Source: Clostridia bacterium (GTDB taxonomy: Bacteria; Bacillota; Clostridia; Oscillospirales; CAG-272). Taken from it: a DNA stretch of 64,000 nt. The stretch's first letter is position 1; each line of letters begins with the position of its first letter. The DNA is taken from the NCBI GenBank assembly GCA_017503865.1, contig JAFVSI010000015.1, positions 7,175-71,174 on the forward strand, read 5' to 3'. Under the pieces are notes generated by a model. The model was not told the origin of the DNA and did no database searches. It worked only from the letters and a program-made list of their open reading frames with translations. Shown piece by piece: positions 10,704-19,325 of this stretch. A program made the translations under genes and the position numbers.

Positions 10704-11684
10704 ATGAAAAAACTACTTTGTATCTTTCTTAGTATTCTTATGATTTTTGCTACACTTACTTTTGTAGGTTGCAAAAAAGATGCCCCCGCTCTCAAAATCG
10801 GTTTGGGAGTTTATACAACTGTTTCGGCAACAAGTGCTGACGGTGAAGTCGATGGTCAAGGCAAAGCCACTGTTACAGTTGCTACTGTTTTAGTTGATGC
10901 AGATGGCAAGGTCGTTTCCTGTCAGCTTGACGTAGCCGACAACACCGTTAAGTATACCTCTGAAGGCAAGCCGATGGTTTACTATGGTTTGAAAACAAAA
11001 TATGAACAAGGTGCCGACTATAATATGAAGGCATACGGTGGTGCTGCTAAGGAATGGTTCGAGCAGGCAGATGCCTTTGAAGGTGTTGTTGCTGGTAAGA
11101 CTCTAAATGAGATCAAGTCACTTGTTGCAGCCGAAAACAAAGGTACCGATGAGGTAATAAATGCTGGCTGTACAATCATGGTCAATGAATTTGTAAATGC
11201 AGTTGAAAAAGCTATTACAAATGCTGTAGATTCTGCTGCAACAGCAGAGTCAGCTCTAAAGCTTGGTGTTTACACCGAGCAAACTTGCAAGGATGCTGAA
11301 GAAGAAAAGGACGGACAGAGCAAGCTCGAAACAACTGTTTTCGCAGCAGCACTTGATGCTGATGGAAAAATAGTTGCCGCATTAAGCGACTGTGTTCAAG
11401 TAACTTTTACTTTTGATATAAAAGGTGCTTCAACGTTTGATTCTACAAAGCCCGTTATAAGCAAGAGAGACGCCAGAGATTCATATGGAATGAAGGCTTA
11501 CGGCGGAGCTGCTAAGGAATGGCACGAGCAAGCTGACACATTCAATACGGCTTGTATTGGAAAAACACCCAAAGAAGTCGCTTCACTTATGGCTAACGAT
11601 AATTACGGTAATGCTGACGTTAAGGCTTCGGGATGTACGATACTTGTAAACGGCTTCGTTAAAGCTGCTGAAAAAATAGGTTAA
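10704..11684 (+). CDS. Lipoprotein with two tandem FMN_bind-like repeats (candidate ApbE substrate)
   Basis: Signal peptide plus lipobox LTFVGC. Two ~150-aa repeats share MKAYGGAAKEW.EQAD and end in DEVINAGCTIMVNEFVNAVEKA and DVKASGCTILVNGFVKAAEKIG. This resembles the D..SGAT...AV..A end of FMN_bind domains, but with GCT. Confidence 0.6.
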   Translation: MKKLLCIFLSILMIFATLTFVGCKKDAPALKIGLGVYTTVSATSADGEVDGQGKATVTVATVLVDADGKVVSCQLDVADNTVKYTSEGKPMVYYGLKTKYEQGADYNMKAYGGAAKEWFEQADAFEGVVAGKTLNEIKSLVAAENKGTDEVINAGCTIMVNEFVNAVEKAITNAVDSAATAESALKLGVYTEQTCKDAEEEKDGQSKLETTVFAAALDADGKIVAALSDCVQVTFTFDIKGASTFDSTKPVISKRDARDSYGMKAYGGAAKEWHEQADTFNTACIGKTPKEVASLMANDNYGNADVKASGCTILVNGFVKAAEKIG

Positions 11685-11687
11685 TAG

Positions 11688-11714
11688 AAACGGGTGGTCA
11701 ACCACCCGTTTTTA
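11688..11714 (+). terminator. Hairpin/terminator between the lipoprotein gene and apbE
   Basis: aaacgggtgg (11688..11697), tcaa loop, ccacccgttt (11702..11711), then T run. Confidence 0.7.
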
Positions 11715-11723
11715 ATAAATATT

Positions 11724-12776
11724 ATGAAAAAGAAATTTATCGTTTTAATACTATTGTTGTCTTTAATTCTTTTGCCTTCCCTGCTTGGCTCGTGTAACAA
11801 AGAAACAACAAAATACACAAGTTACTCGTTTGATTACTTTGATACTGTCACTTCAATAGTTGGATACGCAAAAAGCGAAGAAGAATTCAACGAAATTTCC
11901 GAACGCATTTTAGAGGAGCTTGAAGAGTACCACAAGCTTTTTACAATTTATCATAGATACGAAAATTTTGAAAATCTTTGCACTGTAAACGAATTGGTAA
12001 ACGGCGAGCACCGTACAGTTACCGTTGACAAAAAAATTATTGATTTGCTTGAATATTCAAAAGAAATGTATCAAAAAACAAACGGTAAGGTCAATATCGC
12101 TATGGGTAGTGTCCTTTCAATTTGGCACGATTACAGAGAGAACGGTATTTCAGATCCTGCTAACGCCAAACTCCCACCTATGGAGAAGTTGACAGAAGCA
12201 TCAAAACACACTAACATCGAAAAACTCATTATTGATAAAAACGCAGGCACCGTATTTCTTTCAGATCCTAATATGAAGCTTGACGTGGGAGCAATAGCTA
12301 AGGGCTACGCCGTTGAAATGATTGCAAAAGGTCTTGAAAACGACGGTATCTCGGGATATGTACTCAACGTTGGCGGAAACGTTCGTACCGTTGGAACAAA
12401 GGGAGACGGAGAAAAATGGGTAGTCGGCATAGAAAATCCAGACGAAAACAGCGAAGAGTCATACATTGCCTATCTCGAGCTTTCAGGTGAATCTCTCGTT
12501 ACAAGCGGCTCATATCAAAGATATTATATAGTTGACTCAAAGAGGTACCACCATATAATCGATCCTGAAACTCTGATGCCGTCAGACAAATTTTTGTCGG
12601 TTTCGGTAGTTTGTAAAAACTCAGCTGACGGAGATGCTATTTCAACTGCACTCTTTTGTATGGAGCTTGATGAAGGACTTGAATTTGTAAACTCTCTTTC
12701 TAGTGTCGAAGCTATGTGGGTTGATGTTGACGGCAATATCCACTATTCGAACGGCTTTAAAAACTATATAAAATAA
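11724..12776 (+). CDS. apbE: FAD:protein FMN transferase (ApbE family) lipoprotein
   Basis: Lipobox LLGSC. ApbE motifs VGAIAKGYA, SLVTSGSYQRYY, HHIIDPETL, DGDAISTALF. Start ATG 11724 (MKKKF); the GTG at 11694 lies inside the hairpin. Confidence 0.92.
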   Translation: MKKKFIVLILLLSLILLPSLLGSCNKETTKYTSYSFDYFDTVTSIVGYAKSEEEFNEISERILEELEEYHKLFTIYHRYENFENLCTVNELVNGEHRTVTVDKKIIDLLEYSKEMYQKTNGKVNIAMGSVLSIWHDYRENGISDPANAKLPPMEKLTEASKHTNIEKLIIDKNAGTVFLSDPNMKLDVGAIAKGYAVEMIAKGLENDGISGYVLNVGGNVRTVGTKGDGEKWVVGIENPDENSEESYIAYLELSGESLVTSGSYQRYYIVDSKRYHHIIDPETLMPSDKFLSVSVVCKNSADGDAISTALFCMELDEGLEFVNSLSSVEAMWVDVDGNIHYSNGFKNYIK

Positions 12777-12802
12777 AGGAGAAAGCAAGTGCTTTCTCCT
12801 TT
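12775..12802. terminator. Bidirectional terminator shared by apbE and lplA
   Basis: aaaggagaaagc / gctttctccttt with aagt loop. A/T runs on both sides. Overlaps both stop codons. Confidence 0.75.
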
Positions 12803-13769
12803 ATTTTATAAGTTCAAAAAACTCTTCAAACGTCATTTTATCGACATAAGAAGATACGTTAAAATACGGTAGATTTGACAGAGACTTCCCTATTAAAAAT
12901 CTCTCAAGTTCCTTTATATCCAAGATGCCAAAGAAATCTCCTGAGATTACTATATCTTCAATAATGTCTTTAGTAAGTTTCATTTCAACATCAACAACAC
13001 CAAATGGATATTTTTTTCTTTTGTGAACAGTGTAATTGGTTAAATACTGCTTTGTGGAATAGATCCATTCATCGTCACGATTTCTATTATAAAGCTCTAT
13101 AATACCTTCGTTTTCATCAACCGTGAAAATCTCAGCACCGAATTGCGATAGAACAAAATTTTCAACGTGATTGATAAAATCCTCGGCACTAATTTTTTCG
13201 TTCAATAATTCAACAATATTAATTACACGGCTCTTATGAGACTTAACAGCCTTGTATTCAAGCTTTTCTTTATCTACTTTTAGGACAGATGACATAACGT
13301 CAACATTGGCATTAAAAAGGAGAGTTCCGTGATGCAAAATTCTTCCGTTTGCCGAATACTGTGCGTTACCCGAAATTTTACGTCCCTCGCACTCTATATC
13401 ATTTCTGCCGCTTAGCTCACATTTAAGACCTAAAGCGGCAATAGCATCGATTATTGGCTTTGTAAAAATTTCGTAATTAAGAGCAGTTGCTTTTTCAGTT
13501 GTAGTTATAAATGAATAGTTGATGTTGCCGAGATCGTGATATACAGCACCGCCACCGGTTATTCGTCTTGATATTTTGACATTGTTCCGCTTAGCATATT
13601 CTAAATCAACCTCTGCATAAACGTTTTGATTTTTTCCAACGACAACCGTATTATCATTTTGCCAAAGCATAAAAACATCGTCGTCAGCAGTCTTAAAAAG
13701 ATATTCCTCAACTGCGAGATTGTAATAAGGATCAGTTGTTTTTAATCTTATATATTTCATATCAAACAA
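12801..13769 (-). CDS. lplA: Lipoate-protein ligase A
   Basis: 322 aa. DPYYNLAVEEYLF, RRITGGGAVYHDLGN and GRKISGNAQ motifs. Last gene of the 2-oxoacid dehydrogenase operon. Alternative start at 13760. Confidence 0.92.
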   Translation of the reverse strand: MFDMKYIRLKTTDPYYNLAVEEYLFKTADDDVFMLWQNDNTVVVGKNQNVYAEVDLEYAKRNNVKISRRITGGGAVYHDLGNINYSFITTTEKATALNYEIFTKPIIDAIAALGLKCELSGRNDIECEGRKISGNAQYSANGRILHHGTLLFNANVDVMSSVLKVDKEKLEYKAVKSHKSRVINIVELLNEKISAEDFINHVENFVLSQFGAEIFTVDENEGIIELYNRNRDDEWIYSTKQYLTNYTVHKRKKYPFGVVDVEMKLTKDIIEDIVISGDFFGILDIKELERFLIGKSLSNLPYFNVSSYVDKMTFEEFFELIK

Positions 13770-13814
13770 ATTTCGGGCATATTTCTATGCCCGAAATCTT
13801 TCTATAAATTTTGA

Positions 13815-16298
13815 TTAGATGCCCTTCTTGCTGCGTTCGATTTTCTCGATCTCAGTGAAGTTCTGTTCGGGAACGTATCCGGGAATAGGCATAATCTTCT
13901 CAGCAAGTGCATCGATTATCCAGCTTGCCTGCGGGAAGAAGCTCTTCTCAAGCTCGAAGGAAGGAGTGATCCAGTTGCGAGAACCAACTACTACAGGAGG
14001 TCCATCGAGGTAATCAAATGCAAGCTCTGTGATGTTAGAAGCCATATCACGCATTACAGAACCACGCTCACAAGCGTCACCAACGAGCAATACCTTACCT
14101 GTCTTCTTAACAGACTCAATAACCTTCTCATAGTTGAAAGGAACGATAGAACGTGTATCGATAACTTCTGCAGAAATTCCGTACTTCTCTTCAAGAATCT
14201 TTGCAGCTTCCATAGCACGGTAAAGAACTGCACCAATTGTAACGATAGTAACGTCCTTACCCTCTTTCTTTACATCAGGCTCACCGAAAGGAATTTCAAA
14301 GTGTCCAACGGGAACACCGTCCTTATTGAACTCTTCACCAAAGCCGTAAACTCTCTGCGACTCGAAGAATACAACAGGGTCAGTACCGTTAAGAGCACTT
14401 GTCATAAGTCCCTTAGCATCGGTAGGAGTTGAGGGGAATACAACCTTAAGTCCGGGAATATGCGAACAGATTGCAGTCCAGTCCTGAGAGTGCTGAGCAC
14501 CGTACTTAGAACCAACGGAAACACGAAGAACGATAGGCATCTTGAGGATACCTGCAGACATTGCCTGCCACTTAGCCATCTGGTTGAATATTTCATCACC
14601 TGCGCAACCGATAAAGTCAGCGTACATAAGCTCAACGATTGCACGACCGCCACACATTGCGTAACCAACTGCCGAGCCAACAATAGCAGACTCAGAAATA
14701 GGCGAGTTAAAGAAGCGGTGGTAAGGAATAGCCTCAGTCATCTTCTTATAAACACCGAATGCTCCGCCCCAGTCACGATTATCTTCACCGTAAGCGATAA
14801 GTGTAGGATCTTCGTAGAATTTATCAATAATAGGCTCAAAGAGAGCGTCAGTAACGTTGTACATCTTCATCTTAGAAACGGGCTTGCCATTCTCGTCCTT
14901 AGCTGTACGAACCTTGTTAGCAATCTCCTTAACTCTGGGACACTCTTCCTTAGGCATAAGAACCTCAGGCTCACGAGTTGTATCCATGCTGGGAACGTTC
15001 TGATTAGAGAACATGATAGAAGCAATCGCATCAGGCTCTTTCTTGAGATCCATACGAGGAGAAATCTCATCGTTGATAGCAAGCTTCATGATCTCTGTCA
15101 TACGAGCAGTGATGCTCTCGTGCATTGCAGCAAATTCCTCTTCCTTAGCTACGCCGCCAAGAATGAGCTTGGTCTTGAATGCAACGATAGGATCTGCTGC
15201 CTTCCAAGCCTCGATCTCCTCAGCTGTACGGTAGGTAGAAGAGTCGGAAGGAGAGTGACCGGATACACGGTAAGTAACAACGTCGAGAAGTGCGGGACCC
15301 TTGCCCTCAAGAAGGAGCTGCTTCTTGCGGCTTACAGCATCTATAACTGCGAGAGGATCGTAACCGTTTACACGCTCTGCGTGCATCTGGCTGGGATTAA
15401 AGCCTGCACCGAGACGTGCAACCATATCAAAGCCCATTGTTTCACCGCGAGTCTGTCCACCCATGCCGTAATGGTTATTAAATACGTTAAAGAGGATAGG
15501 CATACCGCCATCGCTAAACTTGCCGTCCATACCCCAAAGCTTTGTGATCTGGTCCATAGAAGCAAAGTTGAGAGACTCAAGCACAGGACCACGGCCGGTA
15601 GCACCGTCACCACAGTTGGAGATTACGATACCGGGCTTGTGGTTAGATCTCTTGTAGAGAGCTGCACCGAGAGCAATAGGAGCAGATGCACCGACAATAG
15701 CATTGTTAGGCATAAGTCCAAAAGGAATGAAGAATGCGTGCATTGATCCGCCAAGACCGCGGTTGAAACCTGTCTTACGAGCGAAGATTTCTGCAAGTGC
15801 ACCGTAAAGAAGGAAGTTGATAGCAAGATCCTTGATATTCTCAGACTTCATATGCTTCTCAACAACAGAAAGAACAGCTCCGCCGAGGAACTCCTTCATT
15901 ATGTCATAAACTTCTTCGTCAGTGAGCTTGTGAATTGAGGAAAGTCCCTTAGCAAGAATCTCTCCGTGGCTACGGTGAGAACCAAAGGAAAGGTCGTTTA
16001 TATCAAGCGAGTAAGCTTCACCAACAGCAGAAGCTTCCTGACCGATAGAAAGGTGAGCAGGACCGGGGTTGTTGTATTCAACGCCGTTGTAGTTGCTCTT
16101 AACCTTAACCTCGTTAAGCATTGTTTCAAATTCACGAATGATTGCCATATCTCTATAGATACGCATCATATCCTCTTTGGTGTAGAGCTTAAGCTCTTCC
16201 TTAAGAGTTTTGTTGTACTGACATACAGGTATGTCCTCAAAATGAATGTAGCCGGCATCAAAAGCTTTACCGGGATCAACATATTGACTCTTAGGCAT
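13815..16298 (-). CDS. 2-oxoacid dehydrogenase E1 component, fused alpha and beta subunits (ThDP-dependent)
   Basis: 827 aa. N-terminal half has the ThDP motif GDGATGRG...NNHYGMGG. C-terminal half has the transketolase-like pyrimidine-binding block FNSPISESAIVGSAVGYAMCGGRAIVELMYADF. No stop between the halves. Confidence 0.9.
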   Translation of the reverse strand: MPKSQYVDPGKAFDAGYIHFEDIPVCQYNKTLKEELKLYTKEDMMRIYRDMAIIREFETMLNEVKVKSNYNGVEYNNPGPAHLSIGQEASAVGEAYSLDINDLSFGSHRSHGEILAKGLSSIHKLTDEEVYDIMKEFLGGAVLSVVEKHMKSENIKDLAINFLLYGALAEIFARKTGFNRGLGGSMHAFFIPFGLMPNNAIVGASAPIALGAALYKRSNHKPGIVISNCGDGATGRGPVLESLNFASMDQITKLWGMDGKFSDGGMPILFNVFNNHYGMGGQTRGETMGFDMVARLGAGFNPSQMHAERVNGYDPLAVIDAVSRKKQLLLEGKGPALLDVVTYRVSGHSPSDSSTYRTAEEIEAWKAADPIVAFKTKLILGGVAKEEEFAAMHESITARMTEIMKLAINDEISPRMDLKKEPDAIASIMFSNQNVPSMDTTREPEVLMPKEECPRVKEIANKVRTAKDENGKPVSKMKMYNVTDALFEPIIDKFYEDPTLIAYGEDNRDWGGAFGVYKKMTEAIPYHRFFNSPISESAIVGSAVGYAMCGGRAIVELMYADFIGCAGDEIFNQMAKWQAMSAGILKMPIVLRVSVGSKYGAQHSQDWTAICSHIPGLKVVFPSTPTDAKGLMTSALNGTDPVVFFESQRVYGFGEEFNKDGVPVGHFEIPFGEPDVKKEGKDVTIVTIGAVLYRAMEAAKILEEKYGISAEVIDTRSIVPFNYEKVIESVKKTGKVLLVGDACERGSVMRDMASNITELAFDYLDGPPVVVGSRNWITPSFELEKSFFPQASWIIDALAEKIMPIPGYVPEQNFTEIEKIERSKKGI

Positions 16299-16321
16299 TT
16301 TTATATCTCCTTTTAAAAATA

Positions 16322-17680
16322 TTACATAAACATAGATTCACGAATAACTTCGCAAACCGTGGGGTGCGGGAATACGATCTTCTGAATATCCTCAACTCTC
16401 ATTTCGGTCTCAACCATCATAGCTGCACCGTAAATGATTTCAGAAGCGTAGCTACCGATCATGTGAAGTCCAACGATATTCTTGTGCTTCTTATCGGTAA
16501 TTACCTTAAGAATTCCGTATCCGTGCTCGTTCTCGGCAATATATCTGCCGCTGTACTTGAGAGTAACAGTCTGAACGTTTACGTCAAGCCCCTTCTCCTT
16601 GGCACTTTCAGTTGTTTCACCAACCGAAGCGACCTCAGGATTTGTATAGATTACTGCAGGAATGGAGTTGTAGTTGACTCTATCCTTCTTGCCAAGAATA
16701 TTGTTTATACAAACTTCGCCTTCTCTGTAAGCAGTATGAGCAAGCATTGACTTACCGTTTACGTCACCTGCTGCCCAAACACCAGGAACGTTTGTCTTAC
16801 CCATCTCGTTAGTAACTATAGCACCACGTTCAAGCTTAAGTCCGATATTTTCGCAACCGATACCTGCGGTTCTTGCACGACGACCGATAGAAACAAGAGC
16901 GTAATCACAAGGAATTTCAGTAACCTTGCCGTCCTTCTCATAGCAAACCTTCTTGTCCTTGATAGAGGTTACTCTTGCACCAAGAATAAACTCAACTCCA
17001 CGAGAAGCATAATCCTTTTGAAGGAGTGTTGAAATTTCTCTATCAACAGGACCTGCGATATGGTCGAGCATCTCAACAACGTAAACCTTGGAGCCTACTG
17101 AATTGAAGTAAGATGCCATCTCAAGACCTATAACACCACCGCCGACAACAACCATTGTCTTAGGAATCTCAGTAAGGTCAAGAACCTCTCTGTTTGTAAG
17201 TGCGAAGCCTGCCTTAAGAGAATCAGCAAGACCGTCAATAGGAGGAAGTGCGGGAGCAGAACCTGTAGCAATAAGAAGCTGTTTACCAACGTAATCCTTG
17301 CCGTCAGCAGTGACAACGAAACCTTCACTGTTTCTCTCCTTGATAACGGCAGAAGCCTTAACGACCTCAACGCCGCTCTTCTTCATCTTTCCGCCTATAC
17401 CGGAAACGAGCTGTTTTACAACACCGTTTTTACGGTTTACCACAAAAGCGTGGTCGATCTCAGCAGAACCAAAGGTTACACCGTAATCCTTGCCGTGCTT
17501 AGCATAATCATAAATCTTTGCGGAATACAAAAGAGTCTTTGTGGGGATACAACCCTCGTTAAGACAAACACCGCCAAGAGCTCTCTCTTCTATAACGAGA
17601 GTCTTGAGACCTGCGTGGCCGGCTCTTTCAGCCGCATTATAACCAGCAGGGCCGCCACCGAGAATAATTAAATCGTACAT
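16322..17680 (-). CDS. lpdA: Dihydrolipoyl dehydrogenase (E3)
   Basis: GGGPAGY FAD fold, redox disulfide GGVCLNEGCIPTK, C-terminal HPTVCEVIRE. Confidence 0.96.
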   Translation of the reverse strand: MYDLIILGGGPAGYNAAERAGHAGLKTLVIEERALGGVCLNEGCIPTKTLLYSAKIYDYAKHGKDYGVTFGSAEIDHAFVVNRKNGVVKQLVSGIGGKMKKSGVEVVKASAVIKERNSEGFVVTADGKDYVGKQLLIATGSAPALPPIDGLADSLKAGFALTNREVLDLTEIPKTMVVVGGGVIGLEMASYFNSVGSKVYVVEMLDHIAGPVDREISTLLQKDYASRGVEFILGARVTSIKDKKVCYEKDGKVTEIPCDYALVSIGRRARTAGIGCENIGLKLERGAIVTNEMGKTNVPGVWAAGDVNGKSMLAHTAYREGEVCINNILGKKDRVNYNSIPAVIYTNPEVASVGETTESAKEKGLDVNVQTVTLKYSGRYIAENEHGYGILKVITDKKHKNIVGLHMIGSYASEIIYGAAMMVETEMRVEDIQKIVFPHPTVCEVIRESMFM

Positions 17681-17696
17681 TTACAAACTTCCCTTC

Positions 17697-19028
17697 TTAC
17701 TTTGTCAAAAGCAAATCAAAATTTTCAAGTGCGAATACAAGCTCCTTGAGGAATCTTGCCGCATCAGCACCGTCAAGCACTCTATGGTCAACAGTAAGAG
17801 AAAGTCCCATTGCAGAATAGGTTACGTCCTCACCGTTAACTTCCTTAATTCTCTTTGTCAAGCCGCAAACACCAAGTATTGCTGTCTGGGGAGGATTGAT
17901 AATGGGAGTAAAGGACTCAATTCCAAGAGAACCGAGATTAGAAATCGTGAAGGTTGCACCCTTGAGATAGTCAGGGTTGATAGTACCGCTCTGAGCAGCA
18001 GCTATAACAGACTTAGCTTCCTTTGAGATCTCGTTAAGAGACATTTTCTCTGCGTGGAATACGGTAGGAACCATAAGTCCTCTTTCGGTATCAACCGCAA
18101 CACCGATGTTAACTGTGTTGAAATATCTCATTGTCTCGTCAAGACAGTGAGCATTGAGTCCCTTGTGGTTAAGAACTACACGGGATACAGCGTAAAGAAT
18201 GATATCATTAAGAGTTATGTTAGCAAGTCCCATCTTCTCAGCACCAGCCTTAAGAGACTTACGAAGAGCAAGAATCTTTGTTGCATCAAAAGAAGTATTG
18301 AGTGTGATCTGTGCCATTGTTGTAAGAGACGCACACATCTGCTTAGAAATGATCTTTCTGATATTTGAAAGCTTAACATCCTCATATTCAGCAACAGTAG
18401 TAGCAACGGGAGCCTCGGTAGCTACTGCTGCGGCGGGAGCATTGAGATCAGCGAGAACAACCTTTCCGTTAATTCCGCTTCCCTCAACTGCTGTTGTGTA
18501 GTTAGCAGAAGCAGCACCGGAAACGGTAAGTCCGCGATCAACAAGACTCTGAACGTCTCTCTCTATAATACGTCCGTTAGGACCTGTAGGTGTCGCCTTA
18601 AGAAGGTCTGCACCTGTCTTTGCTGCAAGAGCCTTAGCTCTCGGAGAAATAGCACCGGTAGCTTCGCTTGAAGTAGCTTGTGCCGCAACCTCAACTGTCG
18701 CTGCAGTCTCAGCAGGTGCTGCCTCAGCCGCCTGAGCCTCTGCTACGGGCTCATCCTCAGATTTAGGAACGAAAGCTGAAAAATCCTCTCCGTCCTGACC
18801 AATAACACATACGTTTTCAAGACAAGGAACGTCATCGCCCTCTTCTCTGAAAATTGCCAAAATTTTTCCACTCTCGGGAGCGGGCTCATCGAAGGAAGAT
18901 TTATCTGTCTCGTACGAGAAAAGAATTTCTCCCTTTTCAACTGTATCGCCAACCTTCTTGTTCCAAGAAGTGATGATACAGGATTCAACGCTCTGTCCCT
19001 GACGTGGCATAATAATCGGTGTTGCCAT
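17697..19028 (-). CDS. Dihydrolipoamide acyltransferase (E2)
   Basis: Lipoyl domain with YETDKSSFD lysine, Ala/Glu-rich linker, E3-binding domain SPRAKALAAKTGADL, catalytic DHRVLDGA. Confidence 0.95.
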   Translation of the reverse strand: MATPIIMPRQGQSVESCIITSWNKKVGDTVEKGEILFSYETDKSSFDEPAPESGKILAIFREEGDDVPCLENVCVIGQDGEDFSAFVPKSEDEPVAEAQAAEAAPAETAATVEVAAQATSSEATGAISPRAKALAAKTGADLLKATPTGPNGRIIERDVQSLVDRGLTVSGAASANYTTAVEGSGINGKVVLADLNAPAAAVATEAPVATTVAEYEDVKLSNIRKIISKQMCASLTTMAQITLNTSFDATKILALRKSLKAGAEKMGLANITLNDIILYAVSRVVLNHKGLNAHCLDETMRYFNTVNIGVAVDTERGLMVPTVFHAEKMSLNEISKEAKSVIAAAQSGTINPDYLKGATFTISNLGSLGIESFTPIINPPQTAILGVCGLTKRIKEVNGEDVTYSAMGLSLTVDHRVLDGADAARFLKELVFALENFDLLLTK

Positions 19029-19078
19029 TATTTTTCATTCCTTTCAGTATGATATTTTTATCTTTTTTACCAAATATC

Positions 19079-19107
19079 ATTGTATCACTTAAAGAAATAA
19101 AAGTCAA
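19079..19107 (-). promoter_or_regulatory. Proximal sigma-A type promoter of the E2-E3-E1-lplA operon
   Basis: Minus strand TTGACT (19102..19107), 17-nt spacer, TACAAT (19079..19084), about 50 nt upstream of the E2 start. Confidence 0.55.
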
Positions 19108-19242
19108 CCTATTTGCCAAAAAAACCTTATAATTCAAAGACTTTTTACGATAATGACAGAATTTTATCAATCAAAATTATCAGTTACTTTTCAAATCCAA
19201 TTAAAAGTCCGCCGTTTTCTGCATAATTTCATTTTATTTGTG

Positions 19243-19272
19243 ATTATACAGTATTTTTTGTTGAGTTGTCAA
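19243..19272 (-). promoter_or_regulatory. Possible distal promoter of the same operon
   Basis: Minus strand TTGACA (19267..19272), 18-nt spacer, TATAAT (19243..19248). AT-rich context, so it could be fortuitous. Confidence 0.4.
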
Positions 19273-19280
19273 CATTTAAT

Positions 19281-19321
19281 AAAAAATTGAACAGATAAAT
19301 GAAAAAACATCTATCTGTTCA
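19281..19321 (-). terminator. Terminator after the M20 peptidase gene
   Basis: Arms 19288..19297 and 19312..19321 (tgaacagata / tatctgttca), followed on the minus strand by a T6 run. Confidence 0.6.
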
Positions 19322-19325
19322 AAAT

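Noticed and set aside
14460-15746. 428-aa plus-strand ORF inside the E1 gene (with further plus-strand ORFs at 15966..16316 and 16364..16750)
   Set aside because: Entirely antisense to strongly supported genes. The translation is low-complexity (Cys/Arg/Ser/Leu/Val-rich) with no motifs. This is a typical shadow ORF of a codon-biased gene.
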